64,000 bases of DNA from assembly GCF_000026545.1 (NCBI RefSeq), contig NC_011601.1; one strand, 5' to 3'. A model generated the notes under the pieces. It was not told the origin of the DNA. It ran no database searches and worked only from the letters and a program-made list of their open reading frames with translations. Made by a program: the position numbers and the translations under genes. Every line of letters starts with the position of its first letter. Positions within the stretch are counted from its first letter, which is position 1. This document shows, piece after piece, positions 51,553 through 63,167 of this stretch. The DNA comes from Escherichia coli O127:H6 str. E2348/69 (GTDB lineage Bacteria > Pseudomonadota > Gammaproteobacteria > Enterobacterales > Enterobacteriaceae).

Positions 51553-52743
51553 TTACAGCACTGCCACAATCGCTTCGCACAGCGGCGCCATGTTATCTGG
51601 TGTCATCCCGGCCACGTTTACGCGACCAGAAGCAACAGCATATACGCCAAACTCTTCGCGCAGACGCAGCACTTGTTCTTTTGTCAGGCCACTGAAGGAG
51701 AACATGCCGTTCTGTTTGATGATAAAGCTGAAGTCGCGATTTGCGCCTTTTTCCTGCAGCGTATTGACGAACAACTGACGCATACGCTGAATACGCTGGC
51801 GCATATCAGTCAGTTCTTGTTCCCAAATCGCACGTAACGCATCGTTGCTCAGGATGGTGGCAACAACAGAAGCGCCGTGTGCTGGTGGGTTAGAGTAGTT
51901 AGCACGAATCGCCGCTTTCATTTGGCTGAATGCGCGTTCAACAGTTTCACTGTCAGCAGCAACCAGAGTACAAGCGCCAACACGCTCGTTGTACAGGCCA
52001 AAGTTTTTAGAGTAGGAACTGGCAACAATCAGCTCCTTATGCAGAGCCGCGAAAGCGCGCAGTCCTTCAGCATCTTCTTCCAGACCACGGGCAAACCCCT
52101 GGTAAGCGAAGTCAAACAGCGGTAACCAGCCTTTCTCAACGGAGAGTTGTGCCAGTGTCTGCCATTGTTCCAGCGTAGGGTCAATGCCGGTTGGGTTATG
52201 GCAGCAGCCATGGAACAGCACTACGTCGCCAGCCTGAGCTTCGTTCAGGCTGTTAATCAGTGCATCGAAGTCAAGAGTGTGATTTTCCGCATCATAATAA
52301 GCGTATTCACGAACTTCCAGACCTGCAGAGTTAAAGACGCTCTTATGGTTCGGCCAGCTTGGGTTGCTCACCCACACACGCTTAACGCTGGTATTTTTTG
52401 CCAGGAAATCGGCAGCCACGCGTAGTGCGCCAGTGCCACCCGGAGTCTGTGCCGTGCGAGCACGTTTGTCATTGATCAGGGCGCTACCTTTACCAAACAG
52501 CAGTTCCTGAGTGCAGCGACCAAATTCAGGGATGCCGTCAATGCCGAGGTAATTTTTGGTGGTTTCATTTTCGAGCAGATACTGTTCAGCCTTTTTCACG
52601 CTGGTCAGTACCGGGGTTTTACCCGTCTCATCTTTATAGACACCAATCCCGAGGTTAATTTTGCCAGGACGTTCATCGGCTCGAAACAGATCGGCCAGGC
52701 CCAGAATCGGGTCGGCAGGAGCGGCGGTAATGTTCTCAAACAT
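51553..52743 (-). CDS. aspC: Aspartate aminotransferase (396 aa)
   Basis: [76 protein letters not shown]... Confidence 0.97.
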   Translation of the reverse strand: MFENITAAPADPILGLADLFRADERPGKINLGIGVYKDETGKTPVLTSVKKAEQYLLENETTKNYLGIDGIPEFGRCTQELLFGKGSALINDKRARTAQTPGGTGALRVAADFLAKNTSVKRVWVSNPSWPNHKSVFNSAGLEVREYAYYDAENHTLDFDALINSLNEAQAGDVVLFHGCCHNPTGIDPTLEQWQTLAQLSVEKGWLPLFDFAYQGFARGLEEDAEGLRAFAALHKELIVASSYSKNFGLYNERVGACTLVAADSETVERAFSQMKAAIRANYSNPPAHGASVVATILSNDALRAIWEQELTDMRQRIQRMRQLFVNTLQEKGANRDFSFIIKQNGMFSFSGLTKEQVLRLREEFGVYAVASGRVNVAGMTPDNMAPLCEAIVAVL

Positions 52744-52869
52744 GACGAGGTTCCATTATGGTTACAGAAGGGAAGTCCGCTATCAGGGTAACGGGAGATT
52801 TACAAAATTCCAACTATTACTGATGAAAACGCAGGCTGTTTTTGCAAGACGTGAGATTGCTCTGGAAGG

Positions 52870-52902
52870 CATAAAAAAACAGGACCAAAGTCCTGTTTTT
52901 TC
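52870..52902. terminator. Bidirectional terminator between aspC and ompF
   Basis: aaaaaaACAGGACcaaaGTCCTGTtttttc. Confidence 0.65.
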
Positions 52903-52926
52903 GGCATTTAACAAAGGGGTATGCTA

Positions 52927-53997
52927 TTAGAACTGGTAAACGATACCCACAGCAACTGTATCGTCGGAACCTACGCCCAACTTGTTGTCAGAATCGATTT
53001 GGTTAATCGCATAGTCAACATAGGTAGACATGTTTTTGTTGAAGTAGTAGGTTGCGCCCACTTCAATGTAGTTCACCAGATCAACATCACCGATACCTTC
53101 TACATCTTTCGCTTTAGATTTGGTATAGGCGATGGACGGACGCAGACCGAAGTCGAACTGGTATTGCGCAACTAACAGGATATCTTGCGTTTTGTTGGCA
53201 AAGCCACCAGTGATCGGCGTAGCATTACGGGTTTCACCGTAGTTAGCTGCCAGATAGATGTTGTTAGCATCATACTTCAGGCCAGTAGCCCACTGTTCAG
53301 CTTTTTTGCCTTTGCCAAGGGTAGAGTCTTCCTGCAGGTTGGTACGGTCAGCGGCGCCATAAGCACCAACGATACCAAAGCCTTCGAATTCGTAGCTGAC
53401 AGAGCCGCCAACACCGTCGCCGTTAGAACGACGTGCAGTGTCACGCTCGTTTTTACCCAGGTACTGAACAGCGAAATTCAGACCGTCAACCAGACCAAAG
53501 AAGTTGGAGTTACGGTAAGTTGCAACGCCGCCAACACGACCTACGAAGAAGTCATCGCTGTAAGCGGTATCACCACCAAACTCAGGCAGCATATCGGTAT
53601 AACCCAGGGCATCATAAACCACGCCGTAGTTACGACCATAATCGAAAGAACCCGCATCAGCGAATTTCAGACCAGCAAATGCCAGACGCGTTTTATTGCC
53701 ATTCTGAGCATCATCACCTTCAGAGTTATTACCCTGGAAGTTGTATTCCCACTGACCGTAGCCAGTCAGATCGGAGTTAATCTGAGTTTCCCCTTTAAAA
53801 CCAAGACGGGCATAGGTCTTATCGCCATTGCCACCGTAACTGTTTTCACCATTACCCTTGGAGAAATAATGCAAACCGACAGCTTTACCGTATAGATCCA
53901 GTTTGTTGCCATCTTTGTTATAGATTTCCGCAGCGTTTGCGGTACCTGCTACCAACAGAGCAGGGACGACCACTGCCAGAATATTGCGCTTCATCAT
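52927..53997 (-). CDS. ompF: Outer-membrane porin OmpF (356-aa precursor)
   Basis: [56 protein letters not shown]...IVYQF, canonical porin with a C-terminal Phe. Confidence 0.95.
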   Translation of the reverse strand: MMKRNILAVVVPALLVAGTANAAEIYNKDGNKLDLYGKAVGLHYFSKGNGENSYGGNGDKTYARLGFKGETQINSDLTGYGQWEYNFQGNNSEGDDAQNGNKTRLAFAGLKFADAGSFDYGRNYGVVYDALGYTDMLPEFGGDTAYSDDFFVGRVGGVATYRNSNFFGLVDGLNFAVQYLGKNERDTARRSNGDGVGGSVSYEFEGFGIVGAYGAADRTNLQEDSTLGKGKKAEQWATGLKYDANNIYLAANYGETRNATPITGGFANKTQDILLVAQYQFDFGLRPSIAYTKSKAKDVEGIGDVDLVNYIEVGATYYFNKNMSTYVDYAINQIDSDNKLGVGSDDTVAVGIVYQF

Positions 53998-53999
53998 TA

Positions 54000-54260
54000 T
54001 TTATTACCCTCATGGTTTTTTTATGACACCTGCCACTGCCGTCAATAAGTTCTGTCAATAAAAATTTACGGAATTATTGATGAGAGTTTGGTGTCTTTAT
54101 GTGTCTGCAGGCATCTTTCCATTCAAACTAACGTTTCGCTACCGTGAAAGTGCTACAAAGATAAAGATTTGGTTTCAAAAAGAAAAAATATGTGACAAAA
54201 AGTAAAAATTAAGGAACTTTGTGAACACCGTCATATTTCCATAGAAGCGTGATGATATTT
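54000..54260 (-). promoter_or_regulatory. ompF promoter, 5'UTR and proximal OmpR-binding region
   Basis: Minus-strand sequence ...TTTTTGAAACCAAATCTTTATCTTTGTAGCACTTTCACGGTAGCGAAACGTTAGTTTGAATGGAAAGATGCC...TTATTGACGGCAGTGGCAGGTGTCATAAAAAAACCATGAGGGTAATAAATAATG matches the recalled ompF control region. Confidence 0.6.
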
Positions 54261-54555
54261 ACAGCAATTTTTATCTATTTATATGATTTCCTTATATTTA
54301 AATTAACTAAACGGAAATTTTGTTTCTGATGGAAACTTTATCGACCAGGCACAAAATCTTCTTTCAGACATCCAGAACGCCAAAAAATTGTATGAAAATT
54401 GTGCTATCAGCTAAGAAAAAACTAATCCGCAATAAGAATGCAGATTATTTTTTTGTGCGTAAATGTTGCAGTGTAATATTCCGTAACAGGATGATCGTTA
54501 TGGCGGGGTTGCAAATAGATTGCTTGACTTAACAAACAGATAACTTGACAGAAAG

Positions 54556-54590
54556 GATAAAAAAAGAGCCAGCGGGCGCTGGCTCTTGAA
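54556..54590 (-). terminator. Rho-independent terminator after asnS (minus strand)
   Basis: Minus-strand reading caAGAGCCAGCGcccGCTGGCTCTttttttt. Confidence 0.65.
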
Positions 54591-54599
54591 GACACTAAA

Positions 54600-56000
54600 T
54601 TAGAAGCTGGCGTTACGCGGAGTACGTGGGAACGGAATAACATCACGTACGTTTTGCACGCCAGTTACGTAAGCTATCAGGCGTTCAAAACCAAGACCGA
54701 AACCTGAATGCGGAACAGTACCGTAGCGACGCAGATCGCGATACCACCAGTAATCTTCTTTGTTCAGGCCCATTTCCAGCATACGCTCGTCCAGCACGTC
54801 CAGACGTTCTTCACGCTGGGAGCCACCGATGATCTCACCGATGCCCGGAGCCAGAACGTCCATAGCCGCAACGGTTTTACCGTCTTCGTTAAGGCGCATA
54901 TAGAACGCTTTAATATCTTTCGGATAGTTTTTAACCACTACCGGTGCTTTAAAGTGTTCTTCCGCCAGATAACGCTCATGCTCAGAAGAGAGATCTACGC
55001 CCCAGTAAACCGGGTTTTCAAACTTCCTGCCGCAGTTTTCGAGAATGGTCACTGCGTCGGTGTAATCCACCTGCGCAAAATCGGCCTCAATGAAGCGTTC
55101 CAGACGTGAAACGGCATCTTTATCTACGCGTTCAGCGAAGAATTTCATGTCGTCAGCGCGTTCTTCGAGAACCGCTTTGAAGACATATTTCAGCATGGCT
55201 TCAGCCAGACCCGCGATATCGTTCAGGTTAGCAAACGCCACTTCCGGCTCCAGCATCCAGAATTCCGCCAGGTGACGACTGGTGTTGGAGTTTTCAGCAC
55301 GGAAAGTCGGGCCGAAGGTATAAATTTTGGATAATGCGCAAGCGTAGGTTTCGCCGTTCAACTGGCCAGATACGGTCAGGAAAGACTCTTTACCAAAGAA
55401 GTCTTTGTCGAAATCTACTTTGCCCTGATCGTTACGCGGCAGGTTTTCCAGATCCAGCGTAGAAACGCGGAACATTTCGCCAGCCCCTTCGGTATCAGAC
55501 GCAGTAATCAGTGGCGTTGAAACCCAGAAGAATCCCTGCTCGTTAAAGAAGCGATGCAGCGCCTGCGCCAGCGTATGGCGAACGCGCGCGACGGCACCAA
55601 TCAGGTTTGTGCGCGGACGCAGGTGAGCGACTTCACGCAGATACTCAATGCTGTGGCGTTTTGCCGCCATCGGGTAAGTGTCTGGATCTTCAACCCAACC
55701 AGCAACTTCAACCTTGCTGGCCTGAATTTCAAATTGTTGCCCCTGGCCCGGCGACGCCACGACTTTACCCGTCACAATGACCGAGCAACCGGTGGTCAGA
55801 CGCAGGACGTCTTCATTGTAATTGGGCAGAGAATTATTGATGACAGCCTGTACAGGATCAAAGCAGGAACCGTCATAAACGGCGAGGAAGGAGATGCCAG
55901 CTTTTGAATCTCGGCGGGTACGTACCCATCCGCGCACGGTGACTTCGCTGTCAACGGCTACGCGGCCCTGGAGTACGTCGGCTACAGGCACAACGCTCAT
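54600..56000 (-). CDS. asnS: Asparaginyl-tRNA synthetase (466 aa)
   Basis: [61 protein letters not shown]...; start set at the internal Met of ORF 54600..56045. Confidence 0.95.
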
Positions 56001-56168
56001 AATATTCTCTCTGTTAATAGTCGGAAAAAATAAACACTTGTCCACCCGTAAATGGGGGGATACCTATGTTACCTGGCATCTGCAATCAGACAAGCAGAAT
56101 TCGCAAATGCAGCGAAAGATTTCGGAATTAAAGGTAAAAAAAGGGAGCCGATTAGCTCCCTGATGATA

Positions 56169-57371
56169 TTAACTGGCTTTTTTAATATGCGGAAGGTCGA
56201 ACGCTTTGCGCAGCGCCCGAACAAACGCTTTATCGTGGCAGATAGTTTTGCCAGGGCTGTCAGAAAGTTTCGCCACCGGTTTACCGTTACACTCTACCAA
56301 CTTAATGACAATATTCAGGGGTTTTACCTGGGGGATATCGCAGGTCAGGCGAGTCCCAATACCAAAACTTAATTGCACGCGGGAAGAGAAGTGGCGGTAT
56401 AGCTCAACCGCTTTGCGTAAATCCAGATTGTCAGAGAAAACCAGCGTTTTACTCTGTGGATCAATTCCCAGCTTTTCATAATGTGCAATGGCTTTTTCAC
56501 CCCATTCAACCGGGTCACCAGAGTCATGGCGCAGGCCCTGATAGCGACTGGCGAACTCGACACCGAAATCACGCAGGAAAGCATCCATAGTGATGCAGTC
56601 GGTTAACGCAATGCCAAGTTGGTCGGGATACTCTTCCAGCCAGGCAGCAAGTGCAGCTCGCTGGCTGTTGGCTAGATCCGGGCTGATTTGCTGATGCGCC
56701 TGGAACCATTCGTGTGCCTGTGTTCCCATCGGCGTGAGGGAAAGCCGACGCGCCAGATCGTAGTTGCTGGTGCCCACGAACCAGGATTCCTGGTGCAGAC
56801 GTTTCACGATGGTTTCTTGTACTTCGCGAGAAAAACGGCGGCGGGTGCCAAAATCCATCAGATGGAAGCGCGACATATCAAGACCGGCGGTTAATGCCGA
56901 GAAGTCGACTAATTTGTTTTCCAGCGTGTCGAGGGCTTGCGCAACGTCGGCCTGCGGTGAGCGATAGCGATGTACCATTTCACTGATAACCGCCAGCAAA
57001 GGAACTTCCCAGAGGATGACTTCACGCCACGGGCCGCTTAAACGAATATCCAGCTTGCCATTATCGTTGGACACGGTGACTTGTTCCGGGTTAAAGCGGA
57101 ACTCGCGTAGCCAGTTAAGATAGTCGGCCTTAAAGAAAGGCAGGGCAGAGAGCCACTGATATTCATCATCCTGCAGGCGCAGGTGCTGCATCGCCTGAAC
57201 CTGTTCACGAATAGCATCGGCATAAATACCCAGCAGATCGTCACCTCGGCAACGAAACTCCGCCGCGACATGCACATCGTAATAGTGATGAAACACGGCT
57301 TGCTGCATATGCAACTTATAAGCATCTGTATCCAGCAACGAGTGCAGAACAGGAGAAGCGAATTGTGTCAT
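56169..57371 (-). CDS. pncB: Nicotinate phosphoribosyltransferase (400 aa)
   Basis: [57 protein letters not shown]...; start set at the internal Met of ORF 56169..57419. Confidence 0.93.
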   Translation of the reverse strand: MTQFASPVLHSLLDTDAYKLHMQQAVFHHYYDVHVAAEFRCRGDDLLGIYADAIREQVQAMQHLRLQDDEYQWLSALPFFKADYLNWLREFRFNPEQVTVSNDNGKLDIRLSGPWREVILWEVPLLAVISEMVHRYRSPQADVAQALDTLENKLVDFSALTAGLDMSRFHLMDFGTRRRFSREVQETIVKRLHQESWFVGTSNYDLARRLSLTPMGTQAHEWFQAHQQISPDLANSQRAALAAWLEEYPDQLGIALTDCITMDAFLRDFGVEFASRYQGLRHDSGDPVEWGEKAIAHYEKLGIDPQSKTLVFSDNLDLRKAVELYRHFSSRVQLSFGIGTRLTCDIPQVKPLNIVIKLVECNGKPVAKLSDSPGKTICHDKAFVRALRKAFDLPHIKKAS

Positions 57372-57401
57372 AGGTGCGCAGTAGCGTCCTCGTACAGGAG
57401 C

Positions 57402-57417
57402 GTTTAGTACAATAAAC
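57402..57417 (-). promoter_or_regulatory. Putative NadR operator (NAD box) upstream of pncB
   Basis: Minus-strand TGTTTAttgtacTAAAC fits the TGTTTA-N6-TAAACA palindrome about 30 bp upstream of the pncB ATG; pncB is a known NadR target. Confidence 0.5.
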
Positions 57418-57636
57418 ATCTTCAGGAACTGCTGGAGTATACCTTGTTTCGCAATTTATTGAACCCCGATCACACCATATGCCACCTTTCTGGTCGATGG
57501 CATAACGCGGTGTATGTTATAAAAATGTAGCAATAAAGGCGTTTGTACCTGAAAAGATGAAGATTCTGCATAGCGCGATTTACGCAATAGGAATAGACTG
57601 AACACCAGACTCTATAAAAGATGCTAAAGGTTATTT

Positions 57637-60249
57637 ATGACTCAACAGCCACAAGCCAAATACCGTCACGATTATCGTGCGCCGGATTACCAGATTACTG
57701 ATATTGACTTGACCTTTGACCTGGACGCGCAAAAGACGGTCGTTACCGCGGTCAGCCAGGCTGTCCGTCATGGTGCATCAGATGTTCCGCTTCGTCTCAA
57801 CGGCGAAGACCTCAAACTGGTTTCTGTTTATATTAATGATGAGCCGTGGACCGCCTGGAAAGAAGAAGAGGGCGCACTGGTCATCAGTAATTTGCCGGAG
57901 CGTTTTACGCTTAAGATCGTTAATGAAATTAGCCCGGCGGCGAATACTGCGCTGGAAGGGCTTTATCAGTCAGGCGATGCGCTTTGCACCCAGTGTGAAG
58001 CCGAAGGTTTCCGCCATATTACGTATTATCTCGACCGCCCGGATGTGCTGGCGCGTTTTACCACCAAAATTATTGCCGATAAAACCAAATATCCCTTCCT
58101 GCTTTCCAATGGTAACCGCGTTGCGCAAGGTGAACTGGAAAATGGACGTCATTGGGTACAGTGGCAGGACCCGTTCCCGAAACCGTGTTACCTGTTTGCG
58201 TTGGTGGCAGGCGACTTTGATGTGCTGCGCGACACTTTCACCACACGTTCTGGTCGCGAAGTAGCGCTGGAGCTGTACGTCGATCGTGGCAACCTTGATC
58301 GCGCGCCGTGGGCGATGACCTCGCTGAAAAACTCCATGAAATGGGATGAAGAACGCTTCGGCCTGGAGTATGACCTCGACATCTATATGATCGTCGCGGT
58401 GGATTTCTTCAATATGGGCGCAATGGAGAATAAGGGGCTGAATATCTTTAACTCCAAATATGTGCTGGCACGCACCGACACCGCCACCGACAAAGATTAC
58501 CTCGATATTGAACGCGTTATCGGCCATGAATATTTCCATAACTGGACCGGCAACCGTGTCACCTGTCGCGACTGGTTCCAGCTCAGTCTGAAAGAAGGTT
58601 TAACCGTCTTCCGCGATCAGGAATTCAGCTCTGACCTTGGTTCCCGCGCGGTAAACCGTATCAACAACGTGCGCACCATGCGCGGATTGCAGTTTGCGGA
58701 AGACGCCAGCCCGATGGCGCACCCGATCCGCCCGGATATGGTCATTGAGATGAACAACTTCTACACCCTGACCGTTTACGAGAAGGGCGCGGAAGTGATT
58801 CGCATGATCCACACCCTGCTGGGCGAAGAAAACTTCCAGAAAGGGATGCAGCTCTATTTCGAGCGCCATGATGGCAGCGCGGCAACCTGCGACGACTTTG
58901 TTCAGGCGATGGAAGATGCGTCGAATGTCGATCTTTCCCATTTCCGCCGTTGGTACAGCCAGTCCGGCACGCCGGTTGTGACCGTCAAAGACGACTACAA
59001 TCCGGAAACTGAGCAGTACACCCTGACCATCAGCCAGCGCACGCCAGCTACGCCGGATCAGGCAGAAAAACAACCGCTGCATATTCCGTTTGCCATCGAA
59101 CTGTATGACAACGAAGGCAAAGTGATCCCGTTGCAGAAAGGCGGTCATCCGGTGAATTCCGTGCTGAACGTCACCCAGGCGGAACAGACCTTTGTTTTTG
59201 ATAATGTCTACTTCCAGCCGGTGCCTGCGCTGCTGTGCGAATTCTCTGCGCCAGTGAAACTGGAATATAAGTGGAGCGATCAGCAACTGACCTTCCTGAT
59301 GCGTCATGCGCGTAATGATTTCTCTCGCTGGGACGCGGCGCAAAGTTTGCTGGCAACCTACATCAAGCTGAACGTCGCCCGTCATCAGCAAGGGCAGCCG
59401 TTGTCTCTGCCGGTGCATGTGGCTGACGCTTTCCGCGCGGTGCTGCTCGATGAGAAGATTGATCCGGCGCTGGCGGCAGAAATCCTGACGCTGCCTTCCG
59501 TCAATGAAATGGCAGAACTGTTCGATATCATCGACCCGATTGCTATTGCCGAAGTACGCGAAGCACTCACTCGTACTCTGGCGACTGAACTGGCAGATGA
59601 GCTGCTGGCTATTTACAACGCGAATTACCAGAGCGAGTACCGTGTTGAGCATGAAGATATTGCAAAACGCACTCTGCGTAATGCCTGCCTGCGTTTCCTC
59701 GCTTTTGGTGAAACGCATCTGGCTGACGTGCTGGTGAGCAAACAGTTCCACGAAGCGAACAATATGACCGATGCGCTGGCGGCGCTTTCTGCGGCGGTTG
59801 CTGCACAGCTGCCTTGCCGTGACGCGCTGATGCAGGAGTACGACGACAAGTGGCATCAGGATGGTCTGGTGATGGATAAATGGTTTATCCTGCAAGCCAC
59901 CAGCCCGGCGGCGAATGTGCTGGAGACGGTGCGTGGCCTGTTGCAGCATCGCTCATTTACCATGAGCAACCCGAACCGTATTCGTTCGTTGATTGGTGCG
60001 TTTGCGGGCAGCAACCCGGCAGCGTTCCATGCCGAAGATGGCAGCGGTTACCAGTTCCTGGTGGAAATGCTTACCGACCTCAACAGCCGTAACCCGCAGG
60101 TGGCTTCACGCCTGATTGAGCCGCTGATTCGCCTGAAACGTTACGATGCCAAACGTCAGGAGAAAATGCGCGCGGCGCTGGAGCAGTTGAAAGGGCTGGA
60201 AAATCTCTCTGGCGATCTGTACGAGAAGATAACTAAAGCACTGGCTTGA
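57637..60249 (+). CDS. pepN: Aminopeptidase N (870 aa)
   Basis: MTQQPQAKYRHDYRAPDYQITDIDLTFDLDAQKTVVTAVSQA..., HEYFHNWTGNRVT zinc motif. Confidence 0.96.
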   Translation: MTQQPQAKYRHDYRAPDYQITDIDLTFDLDAQKTVVTAVSQAVRHGASDVPLRLNGEDLKLVSVYINDEPWTAWKEEEGALVISNLPERFTLKIVNEISPAANTALEGLYQSGDALCTQCEAEGFRHITYYLDRPDVLARFTTKIIADKTKYPFLLSNGNRVAQGELENGRHWVQWQDPFPKPCYLFALVAGDFDVLRDTFTTRSGREVALELYVDRGNLDRAPWAMTSLKNSMKWDEERFGLEYDLDIYMIVAVDFFNMGAMENKGLNIFNSKYVLARTDTATDKDYLDIERVIGHEYFHNWTGNRVTCRDWFQLSLKEGLTVFRDQEFSSDLGSRAVNRINNVRTMRGLQFAEDASPMAHPIRPDMVIEMNNFYTLTVYEKGAEVIRMIHTLLGEENFQKGMQLYFERHDGSAATCDDFVQAMEDASNVDLSHFRRWYSQSGTPVVTVKDDYNPETEQYTLTISQRTPATPDQAEKQPLHIPFAIELYDNEGKVIPLQKGGHPVNSVLNVTQAEQTFVFDNVYFQPVPALLCEFSAPVKLEYKWSDQQLTFLMRHARNDFSRWDAAQSLLATYIKLNVARHQQGQPLSLPVHVADAFRAVLLDEKIDPALAAEILTLPSVNEMAELFDIIDPIAIAEVREALTRTLATELADELLAIYNANYQSEYRVEHEDIAKRTLRNACLRFLAFGETHLADVLVSKQFHEANNMTDALAALSAAVAAQLPCRDALMQEYDDKWHQDGLVMDKWFILQATSPAANVLETVRGLLQHRSFTMSNPNRIRSLIGAFAGSNPAAFHAEDGSGYQFLVEMLTDLNSRNPQVASRLIEPLIRLKRYDAKRQEKMRAALEQLKGLENLSGDLYEKITKALA

Positions 60250-60265
60250 TACTTTTGAGCCAAAA

Positions 60266-60453
60266 TGCCGGATGCGACGCTTGACGCGTCTTATCAGGCC
60301 TACAAGTCCGTTGAAAATGCTGGTTTTGTAGGCTGGATAAGGCGTTCACGCCGCATCCGGCAGCCGTGCCCAAATGCCTGATGCGACGCTTGACGCGTCT
60401 TATCAGGCCTACAATCCGTTGAAACTGCTGGTTTTGTGTGCCACATCCGGCAT
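60266..60453. repeat. BIME / REP cluster (three to four REP units in alternating orientation) between pepN and ssuB
   Basis: tgccggatgcgacgcttgacgcgtcttatcaggcctaca occurs twice (60266..60304 and 60375..60413) with an inverted REP (taggctggataaggcgttcacgccgcatccggca) between them and a partial unit at 60438..60453. Confidence 0.75.
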
Positions 60454-60454
60454 A

Positions 60455-61222
60455 TTAACCATGACGCCGAATCGGTTGTTCAGAGTGCCCACGCTGCATC
60501 ACCCGTTGCAAAACTTCCGCTTCCAGCTCCGCTAATCGCACCGACCCTAACCGGCGCGGACGGGGGATATCCACCGTCAAATCCAGACCAATTTTTCCCT
60601 CTTCAATTAACAATACCCGGTCAGCCATTGCTACCGCTTCGCTCACATCATGCGTCACCAACAGTACGGTAAAGCCGTGCTCCTGCCAAAGTGACACAAT
60701 CAAATCCTGCATCTCGAGCCGAGTCAGGGCGTCCAGCGCCCCGAGCGGTTCATCAAGCAATAATAAACCCGGTCGATGAATTAACGCTCTTGCCAGCGCC
60801 ACACGCTGTTTCTGCCCGCCAGAAAGTGCGGCAGGCCATTCCCCCGCGCGATTCTCCAGTCCTACCGCAGCCAGCGCCCGACGCGCGGCATCGCGCCACT
60901 GACCTTGAAGGCCTAACCCAACGTTATCAATCACCGATTTCCACGGTAGCAGACGCGCATCCTGAAACATCATTCGCGTGTCTTCCTGAATCTCAGCCAG
61001 CGGTGTGGTGCCGGCTAACACATCGCCTGCGGTTGGCGTTTCCAGACCTGCCAGCAGGCGCAGCAGGGTACTTTTGCCACCACCGCTGCGGCCCACCACC
61101 GCCACAAACTGACCAGCCGGAATATGTAAATCCAGTTGGTTCAGAACGATATTTTCCGCGTAATGCTTGCTTACTGCATTGAGCAACAATGGCGTGCCCT
61201 GGTTCAGACGAGCAGTATTCAT
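60455..61222 (-). CDS. ssuB: Aliphatic sulfonate ABC transporter ATPase SsuB (255 aa)
   Basis: [61 protein letters not shown]... Confidence 0.93.
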   Translation of the reverse strand: MNTARLNQGTPLLLNAVSKHYAENIVLNQLDLHIPAGQFVAVVGRSGGGKSTLLRLLAGLETPTAGDVLAGTTPLAEIQEDTRMMFQDARLLPWKSVIDNVGLGLQGQWRDAARRALAAVGLENRAGEWPAALSGGQKQRVALARALIHRPGLLLLDEPLGALDALTRLEMQDLIVSLWQEHGFTVLLVTHDVSEAVAMADRVLLIEEGKIGLDLTVDIPRPRRLGSVRLAELEAEVLQRVMQRGHSEQPIRRHG

Positions 61223-62010
61223 ACCGTGGCCTCCTTCAAATGATAAGCCGGGTTCCAGCGCAACCAGAGGCGCTCTAACAGCTGCGCACTGACGTCAGCA
61301 AGTTTGCCGAGCAGGGCGTAAAGAATAATGGCGACAACCACCACGTCCGTTTGCAAAAACTCCCGCGCATTCATCGCCAGATAACCAATGCCGGAATTGG
61401 CAGAAATGGTTTCGGCAACAATCAACGTCAGCCACATCAGGCCCAATGCAAAACGCACGCCGACCATAATTGAGGGCAGGGCACCAGGCAGGATCACATG
61501 GATAAACAGCGGTATGCCGGATAATCCATAGCTACGCGCCATTTCCACCAGACCGCGATCGATATTACGGATGCCGTGCCAGGTGTTGATATAAATGGGG
61601 AATAGCGTGCCGAGCGCCACCAGAAAGATTTTTGCGGATTCATCAATGCCAAACCACAAAATCACCAGCGGGATCAGCGCCAGATGCGGCACGTTACGCA
61701 ACATCTGAATGGAGGTATCCAGCAGTCGTTCTCCCCAGCGAGATAGCCCGCTAATCAGTCCCAAAATCAACCCCAGCGATCCGCCAATTGAAAAGCCAAT
61801 GAGCGCCCGCCAGGAGCTGATCGCCAGATGCTGCCACAATTCGCCGCTAGCGGAGAGCGTCCAGAACGCCATCACCACTCCTTCCGGTGAGGGCAAAATA
61901 CGCGTTGACAGCCAGCCAACTGAGGAGGCCAGTTGCCACACCGCCACGATGCCCACCGGTAAAAACCAGGGGGCAACGCGCAATAACCACTTTTTCACTG
62001 GCGTTGCCAT
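61219..62010 (-). CDS. ssuC: Aliphatic sulfonate ABC transporter permease SsuC (263 aa)
   Basis: [46 protein letters not shown]...; 4-nt overlap with ssuB. Confidence 0.93.
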   Translation of the reverse strand: MATPVKKWLLRVAPWFLPVGIVAVWQLASSVGWLSTRILPSPEGVVMAFWTLSASGELWQHLAISSWRALIGFSIGGSLGLILGLISGLSRWGERLLDTSIQMLRNVPHLALIPLVILWFGIDESAKIFLVALGTLFPIYINTWHGIRNIDRGLVEMARSYGLSGIPLFIHVILPGALPSIMVGVRFALGLMWLTLIVAETISANSGIGYLAMNAREFLQTDVVVVAIILYALLGKLADVSAQLLERLWLRWNPAYHLKEATV

Positions 62011-62021
62011 TATCGTATTCC

Positions 62022-63167
62022 TTAGCTTTGCGCGACTTTACGGGGGATAAAATCATTTGCCACCGCTTCGCCTTGCGGATTCAGCGGCTGCGGCTGGGGA
62101 ATTTCCGGGATGGCGACATCCAGATGCGGGAACAGCAACTCGCCAACCCGATACGCTTCTTCCAGATGCGGGTAGCCCGAAAGCACAAAGCTGTCGATGC
62201 CAAGCGCGGCGTATTCGTTGATTCGCGCAGCGACCGTCGGACCATCGCCCACCAGTGCCGTCCCGGCACCGCCGCGCACTAAGCCAACGCCCGCCCATAA
62301 ATTGGGGCTGATCTCCAGATTGTCGCGCTTGCCGTTATGTAGCGCCGCCATTCGCTGTTGTCCTACGGAATCCGTCCGGGCGAATGCGGCTTGTGCTTTG
62401 GCGATAGTCTCATCATCAAGATGCGAGATTAACCGCTCGGCGGCCTGCCACGCTTCGTCGTTGGTTTCACGAACAATCACATGCAGACGAATACCGAAAC
62501 GAATTTTGCGTCCATGCGCGGCAGCTTTCGCCCGCACGTGTTCGATTTTCTCTTTAACCAGTTCCGGCGGTTCGCCCCAGGTGAGGTAGAGATCAACTTG
62601 TTCTGCCGCCAGCTCCTGGGCGACATCTGACGATCCGCCAAAGTAAAGCGGAGGATACGGCTGTTGAATCGGCGGGAAGAGCAGTTTGGCTCCGCGCACA
62701 TGAATATGTTTACCGTTGAAATTGACGGTTTCCCCCAGCAATAAGCGCCGCCAGACCTGGGTAAATTCCGCCGAGGCTTCGTAGCGCTCGCTATGATCAA
62801 GGAACACGCCGTCGCCTGCCAGCTCTTGTGGATCGCTGCCTGTGACCAGATTAAACAACGCACGACCATTCGAGAGACGGTCAAGCGTGGCGGCCTGGCG
62901 GGCGGCAACGGTAGGTGAGGTTACGCTGGGACGCAGGGCGACAAGAAACTTCAGCCGTTGCGTCACCGGGATCATCGACGCGGCAACCAGCCACGCATCT
63001 TCACACGATCGTCCTGTTGGGATCAGCACACCGGTATAACCCAGACGATCCGCCGCTTGCGCAATTTGTTGCAGATAACCGTGATCAACCGGACGTGAAC
63101 CTTCTTCCGTTCCCAGATAATGCCCGTCACCGTGGGTCGGTAAAAACCAGAACATATTCAGACTCAT
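62022..63167 (-). CDS. ssuD: FMNH2-dependent alkanesulfonate monooxygenase SsuD (381 aa)
   Basis: [74 protein letters not shown]... Confidence 0.95.
   Translation of the reverse strand: MSLNMFWFLPTHGDGHYLGTEEGSRPVDHGYLQQIAQAADRLGYTGVLIPTGRSCEDAWLVAASMIPVTQRLKFLVALRPSVTSPTVAARQAATLDRLSNGRALFNLVTGSDPQELAGDGVFLDHSERYEASAEFTQVWRRLLLGETVNFNGKHIHVRGAKLLFPPIQQPYPPLYFGGSSDVAQELAAEQVDLYLTWGEPPELVKEKIEHVRAKAAAHGRKIRFGIRLHVIVRETNDEAWQAAERLISHLDDETIAKAQAAFARTDSVGQQRMAALHNGKRDNLEISPNLWAGVGLVRGGAGTALVGDGPTVAARINEYAALGIDSFVLSGYPHLEEAYRVGELLFPHLDVAIPEIPQPQPLNPQGEAVANDFIPRKVAQS

Noticed and set aside
54320-54532. 70-aa ORF in the ompF-asnS intergenic region
   Set aside because: It lies in the AT-rich distal ompF regulatory region, has a Lys/Arg/Phe-rich low-complexity translation and no RBS; most likely non-coding.
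58600-59949. 449-aa ORF antisense to pepN
   Set aside because: Shadow ORF inside pepN with low-complexity, Arg/His/Gln-rich translation; no independent support.
60266-60453. Regularly spaced palindromic repeats between pepN and ssuB, considered as a possible CRISPR array
   Set aside because: The units match the REP consensus, occur in alternating orientation, number only three or four, and have no adjacent cas genes; this is a BIME, not a CRISPR array.
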